Source: Limnothrix sp. BL-A-16 (GTDB lineage Bacteria; Cyanobacteriota; Cyanobacteriia; CACIAM-69d). From it: a stretch of 64,000 nt of DNA. How positions within the stretch are numbered: the first letter of the stretch is position 1; every line of letters starts with the position of its first letter. The notes beneath the pieces are model-generated. The model saw nothing but the letters and a program-made list of their open reading frames with translations, made no database searches and was not told the origin of the DNA. Made by a program: the position numbers and the translations under genes. Below, piece by piece: positions 10,928-21,170 of this stretch. The DNA lies in the NCBI GenBank assembly GCA_041937175.2, contig CP166615.1, positions 4,224,001 through 4,288,000 of the forward strand, read 5' to 3'.

Positions 10928-13300
10928 ATGTCTGCGTTTCTTGCCCAACTGAACCCCGCCCAGCGCCGCGCCGTTGAACATTACCAGGGGCCCCTATTGG
11001 TGGTGGCAGGGGCTGGGTCGGGCAAAACCCGCGCCCTCACCTTCCGGATTGCCCACCTGATTCAACACCACCGCGTGGATCCGGATCAGATTTTGGCCGT
11101 GACCTTCACCAACAAGGCCGCACGGGAAATGAAGGAGCGGATTGAAACCCTCTTTGCCCAACAGGAGGCCCGATCGCGCTTTGGCAAGCCCTTTGACCTG
11201 TTGCGGCCCGAGGAGCAAACGCGCCTGAAATCGCAGGTCTATAAAGACACCATCAAGCACCTGTGGATCGGCACTTTTCACGCCCTCTGTGCTCGAATTC
11301 TGCGGTTTGATCTGGAAAAATTTCAACATCCCAAAGGCTATCGTTGGACTAAGAATTTCACGATCTTTGATGAATCCGATGTCCAAAGCCTGATTAAGCA
11401 AATTGTTACTAAAGATCTCAATCTGGACGATAAAAAATTTCAGCCCAGACAGGTGCGCTTTGCCATTAGCAATGCTAAAAATCAGGGTCTGTCGCCGGAA
11501 GAAGTGGAACGCAACGACCCCACTTTTCGCGGTCGGACGATCGCCACGGTTTATGATCGCTACCAAGCGGCTTTGGCGGCCAACAATGCCTTAGATTTTG
11601 ATGATCTGATTGGATTACCGGTGCAGCTTTTTCAGCAAAATGAATCGGTTTTGGGCTATTGGCACAGCCGATTCCGCCATATTCTCGTGGATGAATATCA
11701 AGATACTAACCGCACCCAATACGACCTGATTCGGCTGCTGGTAACCAATGGGGAATCTTCCGAGAGCTTTGACCAGTGGAACCATCGATCGATCTTTGTG
11801 GTGGGTGATGCGGATCAGTCTATTTATTCGTTTCGAGCGGCAGACTTCACAATTCTGCTAGATTTTCAGGATGATTTTGGCGATCGACTGCCCGATGACG
11901 ACACGCGGACGATGGTGAAGTTGGAGGAAAACTATCGATCCCGCGAAAACATTTTGCAGGTGGCCAACGAACTCATTGAACGCAACACAGAACGCATTGA
12001 TAAAGTATTGCGGCCCACACGCGGGGCCGGCGACCCGATCGCGGTCTATGAATCAGACCACGAAATGGATGAAGCGGAGTATGTGGTTCAAAAAATCCGC
12101 AAGCTGGAGCAACAAAACCCCGAATTAAATTGGGGCAGCTTTGCTATTTTGTATCGCACCAATGCCCAATCTCGTCCCTTTGAAGATGTGTTGTTGCGGT
12201 TGGGAATTCCTTACACCATGGTGGGGGGATTACGGTTCTATGACCGCAAGGAAATTAAGGACACCTTAGCCTATTTGCGCCTGCTCACCAATCCCAACGA
12301 TAGTATTAGCCTGAAGCGGGTGATTAATGTGCCCAAGCGCGGGGTGGGCAAGACCACGCTCGATCGCCTAGAGAATGCGGCCGATCAGTTGGGCGTGCCG
12401 CTTTGGGAAATTCTGAGTGATGAAACGTCGGTGAAAACCCTGGCCGGACGCACGGCTAAGCCCTTGTTGGAGTTTGTGCAAATGATCCAAACCTGGCAAG
12501 GCCAGGTGGATCAACAACCCGCCGCCACAATTTTGGATGGCATTCTTCAGGGATCGGGCTACGTGCGGGAATTGCAAGCGGAGGGCACGGATGAAGCGAG
12601 CGATCGCCTGGCTAACTTGGCGGAATTGGCCAACGCCATGACCCAATATGCGGAAGACACCAGCGACGGATCCTTGACGAACTTTCTGGAAAATGCGGCG
12701 CTGGCTTCGGATTTGGATGATTTGAAGGAGGGCAAAAACGCCGTTTCCCTGATGACACTCCATGCGGCCAAGGGGCTGGAATTTCCGGTGGTGTTTTTGG
12801 TGGGGCTGGAACAGGGACTGTTTCCCAACTTCCGTTCCATGGACGATCCCCGATCGCTCGAAGAAGAGCGCCGCCTTTGCTATGTGGGCATTACCCGCGC
12901 CCAGGAGCAGTTGTTCTTAACCCATGCCCAGGAGCGGCGGCTTTGGGGAGGAATGCGCGAGCCTTCGGTTCCTTCGGTGTTTTTGGGTGAGCTGCCGCCG
13001 GAGCACTTAATTGCCGAGGGGCGGAGCAATCGCCGATCGGGGCCCACGGCCTTGGCGGGATCGGCCAATCGGCGATCGGCTGCGGCCCGACCCACCCCCA
13101 AACCCAATCCGCGCCCGACCAAAACCACGCCGCCCCAGGCTTGGGAAGTGGGCGATCGGGTGATTCACGACACCTTTGGCGAGGGTAAGGTGATACATGT
13201 GTTTGAAAACGGGCGCAAGGTCACCATTTCAGTGCGATTTCCCGGCTTGGGTCAAAAAATCTTTGATCCCAACCTGGCTCCTCTCCAGCGTTTGGATTAG
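10928..13300 (+). CDS. pcrA: ATP-dependent DNA helicase PcrA/UvrD
   Basis: AGAGSGKT, TFTNKAA, DEYQD, GDADQSIY, YRTNAQSR, HAAKGLEF, C-terminal Tudor-like domain. Confidence 0.97.
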   Translation: MSAFLAQLNPAQRRAVEHYQGPLLVVAGAGSGKTRALTFRIAHLIQHHRVDPDQILAVTFTNKAAREMKERIETLFAQQEARSRFGKPFDLLRPEEQTRLKSQVYKDTIKHLWIGTFHALCARILRFDLEKFQHPKGYRWTKNFTIFDESDVQSLIKQIVTKDLNLDDKKFQPRQVRFAISNAKNQGLSPEEVERNDPTFRGRTIATVYDRYQAALAANNALDFDDLIGLPVQLFQQNESVLGYWHSRFRHILVDEYQDTNRTQYDLIRLLVTNGESSESFDQWNHRSIFVVGDADQSIYSFRAADFTILLDFQDDFGDRLPDDDTRTMVKLEENYRSRENILQVANELIERNTERIDKVLRPTRGAGDPIAVYESDHEMDEAEYVVQKIRKLEQQNPELNWGSFAILYRTNAQSRPFEDVLLRLGIPYTMVGGLRFYDRKEIKDTLAYLRLLTNPNDSISLKRVINVPKRGVGKTTLDRLENAADQLGVPLWEILSDETSVKTLAGRTAKPLLEFVQMIQTWQGQVDQQPAATILDGILQGSGYVRELQAEGTDEASDRLANLAELANAMTQYAEDTSDGSLTNFLENAALASDLDDLKEGKNAVSLMTLHAAKGLEFPVVFLVGLEQGLFPNFRSMDDPRSLEEERRLCYVGITRAQEQLFLTHAQERRLWGGMREPSVPSVFLGELPPEHLIAEGRSNRRSGPTALAGSANRRSAAARPTPKPNPRPTKTTPPQAWEVGDRVIHDTFGEGKVIHVFENGRKVTISVRFPGLGQKIFDPNLAPLQRLD

Positions 13301-13516
13301 GCCACTGCCCGATCGTCAGTGCCGGAGTTTTTCTGGGGCGATCGACCCAGGGAGGGATCCCCGAAAAATAGCGAAAACCGGTTGATTAATCCTTAGGAAA
13401 ACTCGCTGGAAACCCCGCAAGCGCCTGATCGCCCATTGGGCCGTGCGCGATCGCCCAAATCGGCTAAGATGGCATCAACTAAACGTAACGTCGCTCTAAC
13501 TTAAGGACAATACTGG

Positions 13517-14404
13517 GTGATTGACTTCGGACGAGTCATGACCGCGATGATCGTGCCGTTTGCCCAAGATGGCAGCGTTAACTACACGATCGTCGAGCAA
13601 CTGACGCGCAATCTCGTGGCGCACGGAACCGACACACTGGTGGTGTGCGGCACGACCGGTGAATCGCCAACCTTAACCTGGGACGAAGAATACGAACTGT
13701 TTCGCATCGTTAAGCAAGCGGCGGGCAGTGCCAAGGTGATGGCCGGCACGGGATCCAACTCAACCCGCGAGGCGATCGCCGCCACCGAAAAGGCCGCGAA
13801 GCTCGGTCTGGACGGTTCGTTGCAAGTGGTTCCCTACTACAACAAGCCGCCCCAAGAGGGACTCGCCGCCCACTTCCGGGCGATCGCCGCCGCCGTGCCC
13901 GAGTTCCCCCTGATGCTGTACAACATTCCGGGACGCACGGGCCAAAACCTGCTGCCGGAAACGGTGGCCCAACTGGCGGAACTGCCAAATATTGTGGCGA
14001 TCAAAGAAGCCAGCGGTAACCTTGACCAAGTGAGCGCCGTCCGTCGTCTGACTCCGCCCACCTTCAAGATCTATTCTGGAGACGATTCCCTGACCTTGCC
14101 GATGTTGGCGGTGGGGGCCTCGGGGGTGGTCAGCGTGGCCAGCCATCTCGTGGGCGATCGGATTCAAAGCATGATTCGCGCCTTTGAAGCGGGCCAGGTC
14201 AACGACGCATTGACAGAACATTTGGCTTTGTTACCCTTGTTTAGAGCCTTGTTCTTGACCACGAATCCAATTCCCGTCAAAGCCGCGCTAGAACTGTTAG
14301 GCTGGGAAGTGGGGGAACCGCGCCTGCCGTTGATCCCTTGCCCGGATCCTGTTCGCCAAGCCCTGAAACAGGCAATGGCGGAGTTAGACCTGCTGCCACA
14401 GTGA
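13517..14404 (+). CDS. dapA: 4-hydroxy-tetrahydrodipicolinate synthase
   Basis: [28 protein letters not shown]. Confidence 0.97.
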   Translation: MIDFGRVMTAMIVPFAQDGSVNYTIVEQLTRNLVAHGTDTLVVCGTTGESPTLTWDEEYELFRIVKQAAGSAKVMAGTGSNSTREAIAATEKAAKLGLDGSLQVVPYYNKPPQEGLAAHFRAIAAAVPEFPLMLYNIPGRTGQNLLPETVAQLAELPNIVAIKEASGNLDQVSAVRRLTPPTFKIYSGDDSLTLPMLAVGASGVVSVASHLVGDRIQSMIRAFEAGQVNDALTEHLALLPLFRALFLTTNPIPVKAALELLGWEVGEPRLPLIPCPDPVRQALKQAMAELDLLPQ

Positions 14405-15921
14405 ACTAGCAACAGTCGCTGACAACCAACGGGCGATCGATCGGTGATTGCTGGGTAACTGATGGACAATCAGCGAGCGATGAACCAAATGCGCGATCGA
14501 CCCTTTCTTGATCGCCCCACGCCAACAGGCGAAGGACAGCCCTAGGGCGATTACTGCACAAGCTATTGGGTCAAAGATTGAGCAAAATACTAGGTAGAAA
14601 GTACTGAGTAGAATGTTAATCAACGACTTTTAACTTTGCTCAGAACCAGCAATATCAGTTCAAAAAATTGCAAGTTTGTTGCCTCGATGAAGCTTTAAGT
14701 TGGTTTCAAATCGTTGATCGTTGAGTCACGGACTCTTGGATAAAATAAACCGCCCGATCGCTCAAGCCATTAACTCACCATCATCCCGATCGAGTGACAT
14801 AGCATTAAGTCATCCAAATTAAGTCATCCAAATTCCAAAACTTGGATTAGACTGAGAGCAAATTGGCACTGCCCAGCCCTTCAAGATTCGAGGGCGGCTT
14901 AAAATTAAAGCACCAGATTCCGGATTAACTAAAAGCTCTGACTAAAAATTTTGAATCAGCAGTTTGTTAAAGCAACTCAGTGCAACCGGTTCATAAAACA
15001 GTTCCATTAAAAAAATCCACTAAGCGGCTCAACTAAAATCTCGCTCACAACCCATTGCAAATCCCAATTAACCCATTCAACAAGCCCATTGCCGTTAACC
15101 ATGTTAAAAAACGCCCGATCGCTCAGCATGACTCAATCATCGTTTTCTCAACAACCTGTGAAATCTGCAAAATTTTCAACGGCTCATTGCGAGCAGGGAG
15201 CTGCAAGCTGATCATGAATCCGGAATATCTGACAGTGGCTTGTTTAATAAGAATGGGAGTCCCCGCATTTGATTGCTCTTAGAACTGCTGAGGGGTTCGA
15301 TTTTTTGAACAATCTTTTGAGCGCTCTAAATAATCCTCATTTGGAATCCTCATTTGGAATTCCCATTTGGAATCCCGATTTTGAGAGCAACCATTGTGTT
15401 GAATTTAGGTTGATTGGCGGTGGCGAATTGGATCGATCGAACGGATCCACCGACCGATCTTGAAACAAGTTTTTTCCCCAGATGGTTACCCCTTGATGCA
15501 ATTCATGAGTTTGGTGAATGTGTTGAACCTAGAAGATTCGGCACAGCATTTCACAGGATTTTGCACAGCAGATTTGCACAGCAGAATTTTGTACAGCAGG
15601 ACTTTGCGCCGCTTTTCAGAAAGCGTCTTCTTGAAGAACTTTTGAAAAACCTTCAAGAAGGTTCTGCCAGCTTCGGGCCCCAATCCCGACCCAAGTTTCC
15701 CGCAGCAGCAACCCACCGCCGATCGTGTGATTCGGCTGGGGACGACGGGTTGATTGAGACAACCAGCTCAATCGTTTAACAGGCTGAGTACCGCCCATCA
15801 CTAACCATCAAAAATCAGGTTCGCTCCTTTCCCAATGAGAGGACATGACGGTACTCCCCCATTCGTTGCTAATAGTCTGGTGACCGATTTCAACGCTAAA
15901 TAGTGAAATTTTTGGAGGCAA

Positions 15922-18174
15922 ATGACTCAAGTTAGAAAGCGAATTCGTCAGCAAGCAGATTCCGAATCTTCCGTGGCTAACGGTGGCGAGCTGGCCAGCG
16001 AGTTGGCCCGTGGAATGAATCCCGAAATTTCCGCAACCCCGATCGCCCCTGGAAGTAAAAACGTGGCAGCAAAAGACGTGAAAGATAGCTCCCGTGATGA
16101 TGTTCGGCGCTCTGCTCCTGGCGTAATTCGCAAGCGAAATTCCAACTCCCAAGCCACCCCCAAGAAATTGTTGCAAGCAGATCATGCTGCGACCTTTGAT
16201 CAATCGTTTGCTCAATCAACCGATCGTACCTTTTCCCCCTCTATCCCTATGAGTCAAAACCTCGTGACCGCTCCCCCCAGAACTAACTTTTCGGCCGCTC
16301 AACCTTCGACCCAATTCATCAGCAACGGCAAGCCCGGAACGCTGAAAATTATTCCTCTGGGTGGCTTGCATGAAATTGGTAAAAACACCTGCATCTTCGA
16401 ATATGAAGATGAAATCATGATGCTGGATGCGGGGCTGGCTTTCCCCACCGATGGAATGCACGGCATTCAAATTGTGCTGCCGGATATGACTTATCTACGG
16501 GACAATCGCGAAAAAATTAAGGGCATGATTGTCACCCACGGTCACGAAGACCACATTGGCGGCATTGCCTTCCACCTGAAGCAAGTGGATATTCCGGTGA
16601 TCTATGGGCCGCGTCTGGCGATGGCGCTGCTGTCGGACAAATTGGAAGAAGCCGGCGTGAGCGATCGCACGGAAATTCGCACCGTGGGCCCGCGCGAATT
16701 TGTGCGAGTGGGAACCAAGTTTCTGGTGGAATTTATCCGCAATACCCACTCGATGGCCGACAGTTTTTCGGTGGCGATTCACACACCACTGGGTGTGGTG
16801 ATTCACACGGGTGACTTCAAGTTTGATCACACGCCCGTTGATGGTGAATATTTCGATCTTCAGCGGTTGGCGGAATACGGTGAAAAGGGCGTTTTGTGCC
16901 TGATCAGTGATTCAACCAACGCGGAAATTCCCGGTTTCACCCCTTCGGAAAAGTCGGTTTATCCGAATTTGGAACGGGCCTTTGCAAAAGCACCGGGTCG
17001 CCTGTTGGTGACGACGTTTGCGTCATCGGTGCACCGGGTGAACATGATTTTGGACATTGCCCACAAGCAAGGGCGGGTGGTGTCGGTGCTGGGTCGATCG
17101 ATGCTGAACACGATCGCCCATGCGCGCAACTTGGGCTACGTGAAATGCCCGGATGATCTGTTTGTGCCGATTCATGAGCTGCAAAATTACCCCGATCACA
17201 AGGTGGTGATTTTGACCACCGGTTCCCAGGGCGAGCCGCTGTCGGCCCTGACGCGAATTTCCAAGGGCGAACATCGCCAAATCAAGATTCGCAATGGCGA
17301 TACGGTGGTGCTGTCGGCGAATCCGATTCCCGGCAACACGATCGCGGTGGTGAACACGATCGACCGGCTGATGATGCTGGGGGCGAATGTGGTCTATGGG
17401 CGCGACAAGGGGATTCACGTTTCCGGTCACGGCTCCCAGGAAGATCACAAGCTGATGATTAGCCTGACGCGGCCCAAGTTCTTTATGCCGGTGCATGGTG
17501 AGCACCGGATGTTGGTGAAGCACGCGGAAATTGCCCAAAGCTTGGGCATTCCGGCGGACAACATGGTGATCATCGAAAATGGTGATGTGGTGGAACTGAC
17601 CCAGGATTCGATCAAGATTGGCGATCGGGTTCCTTCGGGGATTGAGCTGGTGGATGCGTCTCGATCGGGTGTGGTGAGCGATCGGGCCCTGCGCGAACGG
17701 CAACAGTTGGCCAACGAAGGCCTGGTGACCGTTGCCGCTAGCATCTACAGCACGGGTCAGTTGGCCTGCGATCCCCAGGTGCATATGAGCGGTGTGGTCA
17801 GCAGCATTGACCCATCCAAGCTCGCAGGAGCGATCGGGGCAACCTTGAAAAACTTTCTCAGCAACCGATTTGAGCGTTTTGTCACCAATCCGGCTCGCCG
17901 CAGCGATGACGATATCGATTGGGGCGGACTGAAGGTGGAACTGGAGCGCGAATTCCAGCGGCTGTTGCGTCGCGACTTTGTGGGCACGCCTCAAGTGGTG
18001 GTGTTGGTGCAGCCGATCGCGGCTCCGATTTCTGTGCGGCGCGATCGCCCGGCTCCGGCCGCCCCGACGGGCAACGCTGCCGTTGCCGCTGCCGCCGACT
18101 CGATCGCCTCTGAGTCTCCCGCCACGCCTTCGGGTCGCCGCCGCCGCCGCACGGCTGCCAGTGTTGCCTCCTAA
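15922..18174 (+). CDS. rnj: Ribonuclease J
   Basis: PLGGLHEIGKN, THGHEDH, HTGDFK, GSQGEP, HVSGH, PVHGE. GGAGG RBS precedes ATG 15922; alternative start at 16248. Confidence 0.95.
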   Translation: MTQVRKRIRQQADSESSVANGGELASELARGMNPEISATPIAPGSKNVAAKDVKDSSRDDVRRSAPGVIRKRNSNSQATPKKLLQADHAATFDQSFAQSTDRTFSPSIPMSQNLVTAPPRTNFSAAQPSTQFISNGKPGTLKIIPLGGLHEIGKNTCIFEYEDEIMMLDAGLAFPTDGMHGIQIVLPDMTYLRDNREKIKGMIVTHGHEDHIGGIAFHLKQVDIPVIYGPRLAMALLSDKLEEAGVSDRTEIRTVGPREFVRVGTKFLVEFIRNTHSMADSFSVAIHTPLGVVIHTGDFKFDHTPVDGEYFDLQRLAEYGEKGVLCLISDSTNAEIPGFTPSEKSVYPNLERAFAKAPGRLLVTTFASSVHRVNMILDIAHKQGRVVSVLGRSMLNTIAHARNLGYVKCPDDLFVPIHELQNYPDHKVVILTTGSQGEPLSALTRISKGEHRQIKIRNGDTVVLSANPIPGNTIAVVNTIDRLMMLGANVVYGRDKGIHVSGHGSQEDHKLMISLTRPKFFMPVHGEHRMLVKHAEIAQSLGIPADNMVIIENGDVVELTQDSIKIGDRVPSGIELVDASRSGVVSDRALRERQQLANEGLVTVAASIYSTGQLACDPQVHMSGVVSSIDPSKLAGAIGATLKNFLSNRFERFVTNPARRSDDDIDWGGLKVELEREFQRLLRRDFVGTPQVVVLVQPIAAPISVRRDRPAPAAPTGNAAVAAAADSIASESPATPSGRRRRRTAASVAS

Positions 18175-18451
18175 GGCCAACACCTGAAATCCGCTGATCG
18201 ATTGGAACTTATCGATTGAAACTTGTTGAAAGTTGTTGATCGATCGCGGCAATTTCTAACTTTCTAACTTCTAGTAGCACAGTAAGCTTCAGTGGCTGAG
18301 TTCAGAAATCGTCCAATTCTTAATCAATCTTGGTTGAGAAATGAGATGATCCAGCCCCCGAAGATTGCTGTGCTACTGCATTGTTGAATCTGTTATAAAC
18401 CTGTGTCAGTACCCCAAAGCACTCCTCAAATATCCTCTCAGGGACTTCCAT

Positions 18452-19072
18452 TTAAGGGGCTTGGCCAGTCACGCAGAACGTTAAAATTCCGAGAATCCGA
18501 TCGAGCTGATTGAGGTAATACTCATCTAAATCAATTTCTAAAATTAGTCTGCTGTCGTGATCGCGTAGCCCTAAAAACTTCCAAGTGGTTCCGGTGGTCA
18601 CCACTCCATAAATCGATGGAATCGGATCATTGGCCTGCTGATTGAATCGCCAAGCTGCGACCATTTCAGCCACACATTGCCCCAAACCACTATTGATGTT
18701 TTCACGCTTGGCTTCTACCAATACGGTTACGGGTGATTTCAAGAGCAATAGTTCGGGCGATCGCGCCACTAAAAAATCGCAACGGCCGTTCAATCCACAG
18801 CTCGGATCAATATCAAAATCAATCCCAGAAAATAAGCTAATTTGCCCCGCCAGTTGTCGCCGTAGCTCCACCAAGATAGGCGCAATAATCCATTCCGATC
18901 GGGCCTTTTCCGTATTACTGGCTAGGGCCAAAGGAACATTTTCTTGCAGCAGTTCCCGCAGGCGATCGCTCGGATGAATCGGCGGCACTGGCGCAAAATG
19001 ATGAGGCCGATCGTATAGATTCAGGGAGAATTGGTCGATCGCCTGGGCCAAACTAAAGTCGCTGTATGCCAT
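18452..19072 (-). CDS. Conserved cyanobacterial hypothetical protein, PD-(D/E)xK-like (HsdR-N-like)
   Basis: CDFL...VEAK...GQ, then YGVVTTGTTWKF, a pattern resembling the N-terminal nuclease domain of type I restriction R subunits. Confidence 0.7.
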   Translation of the reverse strand: MAYSDFSLAQAIDQFSLNLYDRPHHFAPVPPIHPSDRLRELLQENVPLALASNTEKARSEWIIAPILVELRRQLAGQISLFSGIDFDIDPSCGLNGRCDFLVARSPELLLLKSPVTVLVEAKRENINSGLGQCVAEMVAAWRFNQQANDPIPSIYGVVTTGTTWKFLGLRDHDSRLILEIDLDEYYLNQLDRILGILTFCVTGQAP

Positions 19073-19231
19073 AACCCGCTCTCGATCGATGAGGTATTGC
19101 CGGCCGCAAGGGACTAGCCCAATCGCTTGCGCTGCCCCCTGTTGGCTCGTTCTTCAATAGGGCATGGTCACGATCGTACAGCGCTTCCAAAGGGTTGCGA
19201 GCCACCGTTGATCGCGAGTCATCGCCATACC

Positions 19232-19891
19232 TCACAAAGTTGCGGCTTCGATCGAGTTAGCGAGCTTATCCGCAATGCCCGCAATCCAGCGCTCGTCTTG
19301 GTTGGTGTAACTGCGGGGGGCGTTGGCTCCCAAAATCAACACGCCCCGATCGCCCAAAGGCTGCACAATCACGCCCTGGGTATTTTCGGGTAAATAGTCA
19401 AACTCAATCCGGCCGGGATAAACCTTCAAATCCACAAGGTAGATCGGCTGCTGTTTATCGATCGCCCGCTGGACGATCGGCCCCGGTTTGACGATCGCTT
19501 GCGGGCCCAAAACACCGCGCCGGAGCAATGTTTGCCCCGCCGCGCGATCGCCCCGGTAAACCACCACCGATCGGGTCACCGTGTTGGTTAGCAACAGGTG
19601 GGAAGCCCAGGCCAATTCCACCTGCAACGGGCGATCGAGATCGGGCGCTAGCTCAAACCCTTCCGGCCCCGTTAGTGTCACCGCATCCGGCAACTTGGGT
19701 TGCACCCGCTGCCAGAGCAACCCGGTCAAAATCAAGAAAGCACAGGCGATCGTCCCTGCCACGTCCGATCTCGCCTGCCACTCGCTGATTTGAGGAGTCC
19801 AGAGCCGATTCACAAACAGCCCCACCCCGATCGCCATGCCCACCGCGATCGGCAAATTTTGCAGCCAACGATTGGTTTGCGATCGCGCCAT
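19232..19891 (-). CDS. Cofactor assembly of complex C subunit B (CCB2/CCB4 family)
   Basis: Two TM helices, ELAWASHLLLTNT, YPGRIEFDYLPENTQGVIVQP; typical position downstream of rpaB. Confidence 0.85.
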   Translation of the reverse strand: MARSQTNRWLQNLPIAVGMAIGVGLFVNRLWTPQISEWQARSDVAGTIACAFLILTGLLWQRVQPKLPDAVTLTGPEGFELAPDLDRPLQVELAWASHLLLTNTVTRSVVVYRGDRAAGQTLLRRGVLGPQAIVKPGPIVQRAIDKQQPIYLVDLKVYPGRIEFDYLPENTQGVIVQPLGDRGVLILGANAPRSYTNQDERWIAGIADKLANSIEAATL

Positions 19892-19915
19892 AGCTGCCGG
19901 GGGCCCGCCGGGCCC

Positions 19916-20644
19916 CTAAACCTCGTTTGCGTCCAGGATGCGTTGGAACAGGTAACCCGTGCCCCGCGCCGTCAAGATCAGTTCCGGATTGCTGGGGTCT
20001 TCCTCCAGCTTGGCCCGCAGTCGAGAAATGTGAACATCCACCACACGGGTGTCCACATGGCGCTCGGGCGTGTAGCCCCAAACTTCCTGCAAAATTTCTG
20101 CCCGCGAGAATGGTTCGCCCGATCGCGACACCAACAGCTCCAACAGGCTAAATTCCATCCCCGTCAGCCGAATGCGCTCATCGCCCTTGTAAACCTGGCG
20201 CTTATTAGTGTCAATGCGAATGTTGGCCACCTGAATCACGCCGGAGCTGGGAATTCCGGAGGCATGGTTTTTGTCCACCCGCCGCAGCACCGAACGAATC
20301 CGAGCTTCCAACTCCTTGGGCGAAAAGGGCTTCACCACATAATCATCGGCCCCCAATTCCAGACCCGTGATTCGATCGGCCACATCGCCCAGCGCCGTGA
20401 GCATAATGATCGGAATATCCGATTCCTTGCGGAGTTCCTGGCACACGCCATAGCCATCCAGCTTTGGCATCATCACATCCAACACCACCAGATCCGGCCC
20501 CGCCTTCCGAAACACGTCCAGGGCTTCTTCGCCATCGGCAGCCGTGACCACCTCATAGCCAATCATAGACAGGCGGGTTTCTAGAATACGGCGAATGCTG
20601 GCTTCGTCGTCAACAACCAGGATTTTTTCTTTGTGACTATCCAA
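19916..20644 (-). CDS. rpaB: OmpR-family response regulator RpaB
   Basis: KILVVDDEASIRRILETRLSMIGY, ERHVDTRVVDVHISRLR; TTG start with GGAGG RBS. Confidence 0.96.
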   Translation of the reverse strand: MDSHKEKILVVDDEASIRRILETRLSMIGYEVVTAADGEEALDVFRKAGPDLVVLDVMMPKLDGYGVCQELRKESDIPIIMLTALGDVADRITGLELGADDYVVKPFSPKELEARIRSVLRRVDKNHASGIPSSGVIQVANIRIDTNKRQVYKGDERIRLTGMEFSLLELLVSRSGEPFSRAEILQEVWGYTPERHVDTRVVDVHISRLRAKLEEDPSNPELILTARGTGYLFQRILDANEV

Positions 20645-21170
20645 GGAGAGGCCTCCTCCAATGGCTTTAACTTCTGCGTGAACTTTTGCGTGTTTTTGAA
20701 TCGCTATCTTTCGGCTTTTATCGCTTTATTGTACCGAGGACATTTAAAGAGGCAATTCTAACCGCCGTTTCTCTTCCGTTTTGGAGATTATCAGTCGATC
20801 GCGGCGCAGGTTGAGGGCTGATTTCGGCAAAATGGATTGACAAATTGCCCACTCTGATGTGCGATGGGAGCGCATTTGACTCCAATTCTTTGAAGTCCGG
20901 AAGTGTAACTGATTGGGAATGCACCCTTTATTAAAAACAAGCGGGGTGTCTGTCGCCATGTTGCAACGAAATTGAAACAATTGCAGAAATTTCTTAATTT
21001 GTTGTGCTTTTGTGGATTCTTCTTCCGTGGGTTGCCATTCTAGGGATGGCCATTCCTAGAGTGGCCCTTAAAAGGCAAAGGAATTACTAGGCTGGGGGAA
21101 CTGAATTGAACCAGCGCCAAATGGGGTGAAAAACGGCCGCCAAGGGCTGGATCAAAGGGGAGACGATCGC

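Noticed and set aside
15414..15801. Short ORFs in the dapA-rnj spacer
   Set aside because: No recognisable motifs or RBS; they overlap tandem repeats
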